A DNA stretch of 64,000 bases from Armatimonadota bacterium. Lineage in GTDB: Bacteria > Armatimonadota > Fimbriimonadia > Fimbriimonadales > Fimbriimonadaceae. Shown here piece by piece: positions 8,886-17,720 of this stretch; the stretch's first letter is position 1; each line of letters begins with the position of its first letter. A program made the translations under genes and the position numbers. The stretch is taken from the NCBI GenBank assembly GCA_031400935.1, contig JANNQV010000065.1:1-64000 (forward strand). Direction: 5' to 3'. The notes under the pieces were generated by a model. It saw only the letters and a list, made by a program, of their open reading frames with translations. It made no database searches and had not been told where the DNA came from.

Positions 8886-9725
8886 TTACCCTCCTCCGTC
8901 CTCACGCCCGCCTCGCCCAGTGCCAGGAGCAGGAGGTGCCCCGCCAGTCGCAGGGGCCGGTGCACCACCACCGGAAGCTAATGTTGCCCTCGGATTTGGT
9001 GTCATAAGTTTTGCGGGCAAAATCACAGTAATGTTCACGACTGACCAATCTGGCATCGGACCCCGCTGTCCTGGCTCTCCGCCAAAACCGCTGACGTCCA
9101 AAAATCCTGTCAATTGACCCTGAGAAATATAGTAGTTCAGCCTCTGTTCAGGATCGTCAGGTATTTGCCCTTCACCTGGCTTTAATGGTCGCCCAGATTG
9201 ATCATCGGCTGTCAATGCAGGAACTTGAGCACTCACGATTTGATAGCCGTCCCGTGAAACGTTAACCGCTCCAGGAATCCTCAATAACGCCAACATCAAA
9301 TCAGCATATTGCTGTTGAGTTTGGATTACGCCAGTTAGGTTGACGCTTGCGCCTTCTGCCGATGCTGGCGTGGCAGAAATTGATGTTAGGCGATAAAAAC
9401 TTGGAATGTACTGGCGAATCTGATCAAAAAGATCAGCATAGACAGTGTTGTGAGCGGTCATCGCTTCGGCCAAATTGATGTTCGTGATGATCGGCTTTGC
9501 TTGCGTGATGACAGTGTCGGCGGCTTTGGAAATGGCTACCACTCGCAAATGATCTGGCTTTTTGGATTCCATTTCTGCAAAAGCGCGATCTCGATCACCT
9601 TTTGAAACAACAATCATGCCAACCGCAGCTGCAATGCCTACGACAGCAAACAAAACGCCCAAGACAACACCGGTCTTAGCCTGCTTTTCTTTTGAAACGT
9701 ATGTCGGAAGAAGATTAAGCTTCAT
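8886..9725 (-). CDS. PilN-like alignment subcomplex protein
   Basis: N-terminal LNLLP PilM-binding motif, TM helix, IPSFYRLTSIS...VNLTG. Confidence 0.8.
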   Translation of the reverse strand: MKLNLLPTYVSKEKQAKTGVVLGVLFAVVGIAAAVGMIVVSKGDRDRAFAEMESKKPDHLRVVAISKAADTVITQAKPIITNINLAEAMTAHNTVYADLFDQIRQYIPSFYRLTSISATPASAEGASVNLTGVIQTQQQYADLMLALLRIPGAVNVSRDGYQIVSAQVPALTADDQSGRPLKPGEGQIPDDPEQRLNYYISQGQLTGFLDVSGFGGEPGQRGPMPDWSVVNITVILPAKLMTPNPRATLASGGGAPAPATGGAPPAPGTGRGGREDGGG

Positions 9726-9733
9726 ACAGGTCC

Positions 9734-10918
9734 TTAGAATACTACGTGCAAACCGTTGCCAATAGCAACAGCAAATTCACCCTTGTGCTCTTCAATGAAG
9801 TCCGGAGCCACCTTGCGAACGTTTACATTCAGACGCCGCATAGGGTCTAGTTCGTCACACTTCAAACCAAGCGAGCTTTCAATAAACCCTGCCATGCCCT
9901 TGAGCTTCGAACCGCCTCCGCAAATTGTGACCGAATCAATTTCCCCGCCACGACTTCGGAAATAGTCAAGCGAACGCCTCAATTCAGCCACGAACTCATC
10001 TAGTACTCCCGCGAGTTGTTGCCCCAATTCAACATTCGAATTGGAACTTATAGCTGGAGTGATTTCGGCGACAGTTGCATCAGCCGAAGCCACGTCTTCG
10101 CTGGCTGTAGCATCGCCTGTAAATGGATTATATGGGGTAAATGATGCCGTTGCACTGCCACTGTCCATCGAAACTGAAGCAATGTCCGCGGAAGATAACT
10201 TTTGCTCTTCGGCATCAGTCATTGAAATGCTCTGAGCATCTGCAATGGCTTTCGTGAACATTTCACCGCCGATCGGCACAGTTCGAGGCAATAGCAATTT
10301 GCCATTCTTATAAATGTTGATTGCGGTTGTCTTATGGCCGATATCAACGAGGCAAATTGTCTTATCCCTCAATTCGTCTTCATAGCCGACTTGAAGGGTT
10401 CGGGCCAAACCAAGAGGCTCAACATCAATTGCTGAAACTTGTTTTCCGCCCTTCTTTATGCAGGCAATGATGGTGTCAATGGCTGACTGCGGAGAAATTG
10501 CCATCACCACATCCATATTTGGCGATGCAGGATCTTCGCCACCCAATGGCTTGAAATCGCTTACAACCGTACTCTCGGAAAAAGGGATGTTGCGGTTGAT
10601 CTCCCATTGCATGTGTTCTTCAAGTTCCTTCTGATTCATTCGAGGAACTTCAAGCGTTCGCACTAATACGGAGGCTTGTCCGGAAATCGAAACCACGACA
10701 TTGGGAAGAGAGCAGCCCGAATCGGCCATTAGCTTCTTGATTGCCGCCCCAACAGAATCGCTGTTATACACCCCTGTATGGTCCACAGCCCCCTCTGGGG
10801 TCTCAATCATGCCAATAGCAGAGACAGAAATTCCGCCCCCAGTATTGCGCACCTCAGCAATCTTTATTGACCGACTTCCGATGTCAATTCCTACCGCACT
10901 TGTAAACTTCTTCGCCAT
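9734..10918 (-). CDS. pilM: Type IV pilus assembly protein PilM (actin-like)
   Basis: VGIDIGSRSIKIAE, IDVEPLGL, LVDIGHKTT, GGGSKLKG and AVAIGNGL motifs. Confidence 0.93.
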   Translation of the reverse strand: MAKKFTSAVGIDIGSRSIKIAEVRNTGGGISVSAIGMIETPEGAVDHTGVYNSDSVGAAIKKLMADSGCSLPNVVVSISGQASVLVRTLEVPRMNQKELEEHMQWEINRNIPFSESTVVSDFKPLGGEDPASPNMDVVMAISPQSAIDTIIACIKKGGKQVSAIDVEPLGLARTLQVGYEDELRDKTICLVDIGHKTTAINIYKNGKLLLPRTVPIGGEMFTKAIADAQSISMTDAEEQKLSSADIASVSMDSGSATASFTPYNPFTGDATASEDVASADATVAEITPAISSNSNVELGQQLAGVLDEFVAELRRSLDYFRSRGGEIDSVTICGGGSKLKGMAGFIESSLGLKCDELDPMRRLNVNVRKVAPDFIEEHKGEFAVAIGNGLHVVF

Positions 10919-10952
10919 GAGTTGTTCCGTATCCGTGGCCGAGCAAGGCTAC

Positions 10953-10980
10953 ATTACCACTCGCAAAGTGCGCGTGTCAA
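10953..10980 (-). promoter_or_regulatory. Putative sigma70-type promoter of pilMNOP-secretin
   Basis: Minus strand reads TTGACA(10980-10975)-N16-GGTAAT upstream of the pilM ATG. Confidence 0.5.
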
Positions 10981-11051
10981 CTCAACTATGCCCCCATGCC
11001 GACGGTTTATGGACGGTTTTCACTGCCCAAACTGTTCGCTTTCCCTAATGA

Positions 11052-11085
11052 AATTTGGGTTGCAAGCGTTCTTGCAACCCAAATT
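11052..11085. terminator. Perfect 15-bp hairpin after the 2205-aa gene
   Basis: AATTTGGGTTGCAAG-cgtt-CTTGCAACCCAAATT, 5 nt after the stop codon; weak U-tract. Confidence 0.6.
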
Positions 11086-11090
11086 GCCCT

Positions 11091-14000
11091 CTAATTTCCG
11101 TTTCTGCCCACTGGACGCGGCACATATTTTGGCGCGACCGATTGTAAATAAATATCTGAACTTCCTGTTCGAGTACTCGACCAAAGCATCCAAATCAACC
11201 CTGGACGACGATCCGCTGCGTTCGCATTATCAAATGGATCAATGAATGAGAACATTTGAGATTCGTTCACCGCACTCTCAATCGCAACTGGCAGTTCCGA
11301 CCTTTCCGTAATCAAAATTGCCGGTGCATTTTGCGCCACATTAACTAGTATCGGAGCACCAGACGCTTCATCTACATAAGTGAATGAACTAACAACCATC
11401 AGTCGCCCTTCGTCCAGGCTCGAATAGTAAATTCTGCCCGAAGCTGGGTCAACTTGAAATGGACCAGTTGGCGGTGTTGAGAATGTCAGATTCGTCAAGT
11501 TGCCGTTAGGTTGCGTATGAAGAGCCACAGGCTTCCCATTAACCGTGAACTGGTGACCAAATCTCATGGATTGGATGTATGGCCGAGACGTTTGCCCTGC
11601 ACCAGCCGCTGCACGGCCGTAGACGAGAGTGTATCGGTCTGCCGGGATTTGAGCTCCGAACGGGTTGCCACCGCCTGGCAAGGCGTAATAGTCAAACTCG
11701 CCTGTGAACCTGTTATCCCAAACTATTGACGGATTTGAATAACTTGCAGTAGATACCGTACTCATACGCAAGAATCTAGGTGTATAGACAACTCGAATAT
11801 TCTGCGATGTGTTGGGTCGGAATCCGGTAAATCGAACGATTCCCTGAGCCGAATCGAAGTACACCGAACCGCCCGAATACAGTTCTGCCGAAATCATTCC
11901 TGTTTCAGTGTCAATCTTCTTCGTGTTAGGCACGATGAGCGATTGAGGCACGCCGGGAACAATCTCCCGTGTCAAATCAACTACCGAAGTTGTTTGCCAG
12001 TAAACGCCACGAGTTGCAAAAGTATTTGGATCGCCAGAAGGCACGAGCGAATCAGCTTGCTGGCCCCAAGCCAGTAGCGGAGAACGTGTGCCAGGAACGT
12101 TTATTGGTTGACCATTGCCATTGGTTCGCAGCCGCGATAAGAAGACCTCGCGGTTTGCTCTTCCACGCAACTTTCCGGTGAACATTAGTTCAGTCAATGG
12201 ATCGCCAGCCGAAAGGCCCTCGCTAACCCGGTTGATGCCTTGATAAATTCGGCCAATCACGGAGACAGAACCGACTGATTCAAAGCCTGAGCCTAAGTCA
12301 ATTTTTGTTGAATTTCCAAATGCTCCACCATTGAAGTGAGAATAATAGAGTCCACTTTGGCCTGTACCGATAGTTCCAAAGAACACCGTTGCTCTTCCAA
12401 GAACTTGCAACACCGCAGGCTTGGTTTTTTGAACGTTTAGCAAGTTGTCAACAATCCATGGCCCGCCATTATCCGTAACGGTCCCAACATTGTCTATTGC
12501 TAAGCGGCTCATCATGATCTGCGAAACGTATTCCCTTCCAGCAGGTTGTTGAATCTGCGCTTCGCCAACGTATGCCAGGAACGGATTCGCATTTTGAGAC
12601 GTGTTGAATGGATTTAGTCCACCTAAGCCGGAAAATGCCGGTGAGCCAAACTTAGCAGTACTCGCAATTACATTTGCGCCAAACAAAGTCGTTAGAGGCT
12701 GAGTTGGGAATGGACCAGGGACAAAGGACTGTCGGAACCACCTTCCAGCCTGAGGAGACCATGAGTTCAAATCTCGAAGCGGATTGCTTCCAACGACTCC
12801 TCCGGCAGTTTGGCTCATTCCATCAATCGTTGCGATATAAATTCGCCATGGATTGTTTGTGCCTGCCGCTGCCGGTTGAGGCTGACCCCAAGCAAGATCG
12901 TTTGACGAGCAATAGGCAACTATCATTTGACCATCTAAATCGCGCATAGCTGTCGGTTGCACGTTTTGATGCAGAAATGGCTCGTTGCCGGTCACTTGGC
13001 CGTGTACCATTGGCGCAGCAAGCTGCGTATGCCCATTGGTAAGCCGAGTTTCTCGCACATTGAACTTCAATCGCAAGAACGGATCTGTGCGGATTTCCCG
13101 AGGCAACTGCTGCGCAGCATTGTCGTATTCCAACGACTCGTTGACATCGCCGTCTTCAATCACAAAGATATCTGTCAAATAGCTTCCAACTGGCGTTCCA
13201 AGAGGCACGGTAACGGCCATCCTTGGTTGCGCTGGAGCAGGAGTCAGTAACAACCAGCTTGAAATTGCACCAAGATTGTAATTGTCACGCCTGATCGGAT
13301 TGGTCAGCAAGTCTGTCGGGCTTCGATCACCGACTCTCGATTTTTGCAACAGAACATTAGGAGTCAATGCGTGCCTGGAATCAATATCGCTCCACAAATT
13401 GTATTGTGTGTCAATCCAAGAACGATCGTTGTTCGCTGGTGCGTAAAGCCCCCAAGGAAGCAACGCTGCACCATAATCGTAGCTCTTTGCAACGCGCAGG
13501 TTCAGCAAGTTTGTGTTTCCTTGATTCAAAACTTGGAATGTTTGGAACATGCCTTGATAAGGGCCAATCCACGGACTAAACGTTGAGGCTCCAAACCACG
13601 GGGCAATTGGATCAAATCCAGCGCCTTGAGGCAATGAGCCCAAATCTAGCTCTGTTCGATTGACCGACATTTTTTCGTCAACGTCAACTGAACCGCCGAG
13701 CCACATTTGACGGAACGCTTCACGGCGACCTCGCCTGTCAAATTGGCCATTCCCTGTACCGTCAACGAAAATCGTTAGTCCGCCGTAATAGCCAGCATCA
13801 ACGTTAGCCGCCGAAGAGTCAACGACGTCAGTTGCATTTGGTGGCTGGAATCGTGGAACATTAATCTCAAAATCCATTGGCGTCGGATTCAATGTTCGAA
13901 TGTTTGGGAAATTTCTGTCTGGGATCGTTGGAGCTATCAACTGAACGGACTGAAGAACCGGATTCTCCGTAGCTCCAAACTTATCTTTGATAATCGTAAA

Positions 14001-17000
14001 CGATTCTCTTCGAATATTTGGATAATCAAGGCTGATATTGGGGAATTGCGAAGGCGAATCCTCAAAATTGGGATACGCAAGCTGATTGATCGGTTTGTAG
14101 ACCGCGGCAGCTCCGCCTTGCCAAACGAGGTCGCTCCGATCCACTCGGATCAGGTCAAGTCCTCGATCTGGCCCTCTCAAAAGAGTCATGAGGCTTCGGT
14201 CGTAGACTCTAAAGACAACGCCTTTTGAAGCATTGTGCTGTGCCAAACCAACGGAACTAAGAATTCTGTTTTCCAGTTTTGCGGTTGTTGGAATATCAGG
14301 AGAACCATTCGCCAACGCTTCTGGGTCGGCTGCATTTGTAGTAACTCCCAAGCCAAAATTTGGACCGTAATTTCCTACTTGATCTTTAACTTCAATCCCA
14401 ATCGGATTCGCTATCGTAAACGGTCGCCGTGAAGTCAACGGATTAATTGCAACACTACGAAACGGCCCGTTTTGGGCGAATTGGGCATTGACTCCAAACG
14501 AAACAACTCCGCTTCCAGGAGGAAGTGCATTGGTTCCGCTACCTTGAAGCGTGTAACTTAGAACTGCAAAGCCGTCGAGAACCTCACCGGAAATAGGTTC
14601 AATGGGAGGATTTCCTGCCCCAATCTGAGGGAATGCTTTTGATCGAACAACAAGGTTACGAACGGCAACTCCTTCGGCACTGAATCGAAATTCAACTTGA
14701 GTGCGCTCGCTGGGATCAGGGTTTGAGTCAACTTCCGCTGGAATGTTGGTAACAAGCGCATATATTGTCTCACCCCATTCAAATGCATTTCCACTGACTA
14801 GATTTGGCGCCGATCTCGCTTGCGCGTAGGTCAACTGATTCACATGGCCTTCTGGCAAGCGAAGTCTTTCATAGGCGGCCTTTGTAATAAACCTAAGTTC
14901 TCCGCCACGGAAAGGAATGCCCAATGGATCATTGGGCGGAATGAGGCCCTGGCCAGGCATGCTGCCGCCACCTGGAATGACCCCGCCTAGGGTGTCATTA
15001 AAGGCATAGAGCATTCCATTTGTATCTGTGCCGTACATCCAGTTGCGGCCAACCGCAATCGAAGTTTCCATCAAACTCGTATTCGTTTCCCAGCCCCAAG
15101 AAAGTCGGAAATTAGCTCCAAATACGTTGCTTGTTGTGGCCTCGGCAAAGAGAGCGTTGAATCGTCCATCTTGAGTTGGAACCAGTACATTTGGAGCGGC
15201 TACAGGGTTTCCACCAGTATCGAAGACGGTAAGTGGCGAGTACGAAAGGTTTCCTAATACAGGACTTCCAAGCTCGTCCGTTGTCCACAATACGGCACCA
15301 GTAGCCACGCTAAGTGCAGTAATCCATCGGTTATCGTTGGCAACTACTACGGTGTCGCCCTGCGCCGCAAATTCACCAGCAGGAATAACCGTCGGGCCGC
15401 TTACAAAATCGTCTGCATTGATGACAGTAAGCCCTGCTGGATCCCACGCGGTCGTTCCGTTGAATTCCCAATCAATAACACCCGTAAAATCATTCAGAGC
15501 AAAAAACCTACCAGCATTCTCCGACTGGGCGCGCCGAAATCCAACAAAAACCCGGTTGAACTCAACGGCCGGGGTCATTTCGCATGGACCGAGTGTAGGA
15601 GCGTTTGTAAGCGGAAACGCCCATCTAACCGTAGTCGTTTTGTTTCCAGGGTTGCCAGAAGCATCGAGCGCATAAATTCGTCCCTGAGTCGTTGGGACAA
15701 AAAGCGTTGGGCCAGCCGCGGTCACGCTAAACGCCACCGATCCAAATGCGGCTCCGAGTGTTCCTGGGCGGGCAATCGCCGGGTAATCGTCCGGGAATGA
15801 CCAGCGGCGCCTTGTCGTACCTGGATTTCGGGTAGTCAGGTTCATGTCGCCACGGCCAGACATTTCGATACAGTAAACCCTTCCATTAGTCGCAGCGATG
15901 TACAAGTAGTCTTCTGCGCCGATTCTTTCAATCAATGCAGAACTAAGGTCAAAGCCTGTTGGCATTTGTGCAATGCCGTTCGGGCCATCTTCGCCGGCAA
16001 CTTGATTAGGGTCGGTCCAGCCTGTGTTGTCAGGATCAGGAGTACTTGGATAAGTCCAATACACGTTTGTCGTGCCATCTGCGTTTCCAACGGCATCAAG
16101 GCAGTACAGCTTTCCGTTTTCGCCTGCAACAACCACGACAGGACGATCAATGAGTCCACCAAGGGTGGGAACATTGACCCTCGCAATGACTTGAATTGGT
16201 GTTGAATTGATGGCGGTATTTGTTGCACCAAGGAACCTGAGTTGGTCCGCATAGACTTTTCGGCCAAGTTCAGAAACTGGGCCCAAGTTGGTGACGCGAA
16301 CTTCAAGCAAGTTCAACGTATCGTGATTAAATCGTCGCGTCCCCAGACGCACCCATCCGCTAGACGAATCTTGATTGACAACTATTGTGCTTGTGGTAAC
16401 GCCCTCGTTGATCGTATAGGTGACATCGCGACTTAGAGTTAGCCCAACTGTCGAACCTGGCACCCAAGCCCAAACTTCGTATGAACCATCAGCTAAGGTT
16501 GGTTGCCAGAGGCAATCTTGTGCAAGAATGGGAACGTCTGTCACATCGGAATCATGGAATCCGACTCCGCGAAATCCGGGAGGAGCAATCTGTGCAGTCC
16601 ACGATGGTCCAGGCGTGAATCCAGCACCAGCATCATCTTGGTAAACCGTTAAGGATGCATCTTCCTCAAGAGGGCTGTACCGCCACCATTTGTTATTGGG
16701 GGCATCAAATCCAGGTGTTCCGTCGTGGGTGTATGACGAGACCACGCCCTTTGTAATGGTCTCTGTTGTCGTCCCATTAATAGCAATGGAAAGTTCATTT
16801 AGAGCCGCAACGGTTCGAATAGTTGGAGCGCCCAATGGAGTGAGGTCTGTTACAACAGGTGACGCCCTGTAACCGCCAGTTTCAGGTATCGCCAACGCCG
16901 CATCAGCATAAACCAGAGGGTTAAGTGTGACATTGCCAGTATCTAGTGTTTCTGTTAAATTCCCAAAAACGTCACGAACAACTGTGTTGTGCAAAACAAT

Positions 17001-17708
17001 TCGAATCGGCGTAGCGCCGTCGTAGTTGTACATGCGGTTCGTTACCGTGCCGCCTTGGCCTAATCGAACCCAACCGAATCCGGAATTGTATGTGTCTACA
17101 ACTTGCAATTCACTCAGGCCGTTGCCGTAGAAAACTTCGTATACGAAATACCGAATCGTATATCGTGACGCGCCAAGCCCGGGCCGAGTCGGTCCAATTG
17201 GGAGCCAAACGTAAAGTGCGTAATTTCGTGGCACATTGCCAATGTTGTTGGTGTCAAAAGCAAATGTCCAAGTGGCGTGCTGCGCTGCATTAAACGGCAC
17301 ATGAGGCTGCGCCAAGTTAAGCGATGCAGCCGTACTGAAGTGGTACCGATAAGCTGGAAACACAGCAGGGTCTGCATTGTCGTCAGGTACGAATGGGCTT
17401 TCCGCCCACTCTCCGATATCTGTTACAGTTTGCCAAGGCAATAAAGCAGGAAATGTCGAACTGTTCTGCAACGGATCTAAATTGTCAACTACAGCCGATG
17501 TAAGCGCTCCATCCAATAAGTTGGGTCTCCACCAACGTAGATTCGATTCGCCAGGCCCGCTTGTAGCGGGCGCGGCATTCCGGCCTAGTCGGTCGGAACC
17601 GCCCTTCAAACCCGAAAAATCTTGAGAACCCGCAGCAGCACTTGCCGCCACTAAAAGCCCAACTACGATTGATTTCCAATTAGCTCGCATCTTTCGCACC
17701 ATAAACAT
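11091..17708 (-). CDS. Giant secreted protein (2205 aa): two golvesin/Xly-CBD-like domains, PQQ-like beta-propeller repeats, C-terminal TolB/PD40-like motif; adhesin candidate in the PilY1 position
   Basis: Signal peptide (KSIVVGLLVAASAAAG); GSYEVWAWVP...VNQDSSSGWVRLG...VYADQLRF; repeated GxLY(C/A)LDA...W blades; WSSTRTGSSDIYLQ. Confidence 0.75.
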   Translation of the reverse strand: MFMVRKMRANWKSIVVGLLVAASAAAGSQDFSGLKGGSDRLGRNAAPATSGPGESNLRWWRPNLLDGALTSAVVDNLDPLQNSSTFPALLPWQTVTDIGEWAESPFVPDDNADPAVFPAYRYHFSTAASLNLAQPHVPFNAAQHATWTFAFDTNNIGNVPRNYALYVWLPIGPTRPGLGASRYTIRYFVYEVFYGNGLSELQVVDTYNSGFGWVRLGQGGTVTNRMYNYDGATPIRIVLHNTVVRDVFGNLTETLDTGNVTLNPLVYADAALAIPETGGYRASPVVTDLTPLGAPTIRTVAALNELSIAINGTTTETITKGVVSSYTHDGTPGFDAPNNKWWRYSPLEEDASLTVYQDDAGAGFTPGPSWTAQIAPPGFRGVGFHDSDVTDVPILAQDCLWQPTLADGSYEVWAWVPGSTVGLTLSRDVTYTINEGVTTSTIVVNQDSSSGWVRLGTRRFNHDTLNLLEVRVTNLGPVSELGRKVYADQLRFLGATNTAINSTPIQVIARVNVPTLGGLIDRPVVVVAGENGKLYCLDAVGNADGTTNVYWTYPSTPDPDNTGWTDPNQVAGEDGPNGIAQMPTGFDLSSALIERIGAEDYLYIAATNGRVYCIEMSGRGDMNLTTRNPGTTRRRWSFPDDYPAIARPGTLGAAFGSVAFSVTAAGPTLFVPTTQGRIYALDASGNPGNKTTTVRWAFPLTNAPTLGPCEMTPAVEFNRVFVGFRRAQSENAGRFFALNDFTGVIDWEFNGTTAWDPAGLTVINADDFVSGPTVIPAGEFAAQGDTVVVANDNRWITALSVATGAVLWTTDELGSPVLGNLSYSPLTVFDTGGNPVAAPNVLVPTQDGRFNALFAEATTSNVFGANFRLSWGWETNTSLMETSIAVGRNWMYGTDTNGMLYAFNDTLGGVIPGGGSMPGQGLIPPNDPLGIPFRGGELRFITKAAYERLRLPEGHVNQLTYAQARSAPNLVSGNAFEWGETIYALVTNIPAEVDSNPDPSERTQVEFRFSAEGVAVRNLVVRSKAFPQIGAGNPPIEPISGEVLDGFAVLSYTLQGSGTNALPPGSGVVSFGVNAQFAQNGPFRSVAINPLTSRRPFTIANPIGIEVKDQVGNYGPNFGLGVTTNAADPEALANGSPDIPTTAKLENRILSSVGLAQHNASKGVVFRVYDRSLMTLLRGPDRGLDLIRVDRSDLVWQGGAAAVYKPINQLAYPNFEDSPSQFPNISLDYPNIRRESFTIIKDKFGATENPVLQSVQLIAPTIPDRNFPNIRTLNPTPMDFEINVPRFQPPNATDVVDSSAANVDAGYYGGLTIFVDGTGNGQFDRRGRREAFRQMWLGGSVDVDEKMSVNRTELDLGSLPQGAGFDPIAPWFGASTFSPWIGPYQGMFQTFQVLNQGNTNLLNLRVAKSYDYGAALLPWGLYAPANNDRSWIDTQYNLWSDIDSRHALTPNVLLQKSRVGDRSPTDLLTNPIRRDNYNLGAISSWLLLTPAPAQPRMAVTVPLGTPVGSYLTDIFVIEDGDVNESLEYDNAAQQLPREIRTDPFLRLKFNVRETRLTNGHTQLAAPMVHGQVTGNEPFLHQNVQPTAMRDLDGQMIVAYCSSNDLAWGQPQPAAAGTNNPWRIYIATIDGMSQTAGGVVGSNPLRDLNSWSPQAGRWFRQSFVPGPFPTQPLTTLFGANVIASTAKFGSPAFSGLGGLNPFNTSQNANPFLAYVGEAQIQQPAGREYVSQIMMSRLAIDNVGTVTDNGGPWIVDNLLNVQKTKPAVLQVLGRATVFFGTIGTGQSGLYYSHFNGGAFGNSTKIDLGSGFESVGSVSVIGRIYQGINRVSEGLSAGDPLTELMFTGKLRGRANREVFLSRLRTNGNGQPINVPGTRSPLLAWGQQADSLVPSGDPNTFATRGVYWQTTSVVDLTREIVPGVPQSLIVPNTKKIDTETGMISAELYSGGSVYFDSAQGIVRFTGFRPNTSQNIRVVYTPRFLRMSTVSTASYSNPSIVWDNRFTGEFDYYALPGGGNPFGAQIPADRYTLVYGRAAAGAGQTSRPYIQSMRFGHQFTVNGKPVALHTQPNGNLTNLTFSTPPTGPFQVDPASGRIYYSSLDEGRLMVVSSFTYVDEASGAPILVNVAQNAPAILITERSELPVAIESAVNESQMFSFIDPFDNANAADRRPGLIWMLWSSTRTGSSDIYLQSVAPKYVPRPVGRNGN

Positions 17709-17720
17709 CCCAAATCATTG

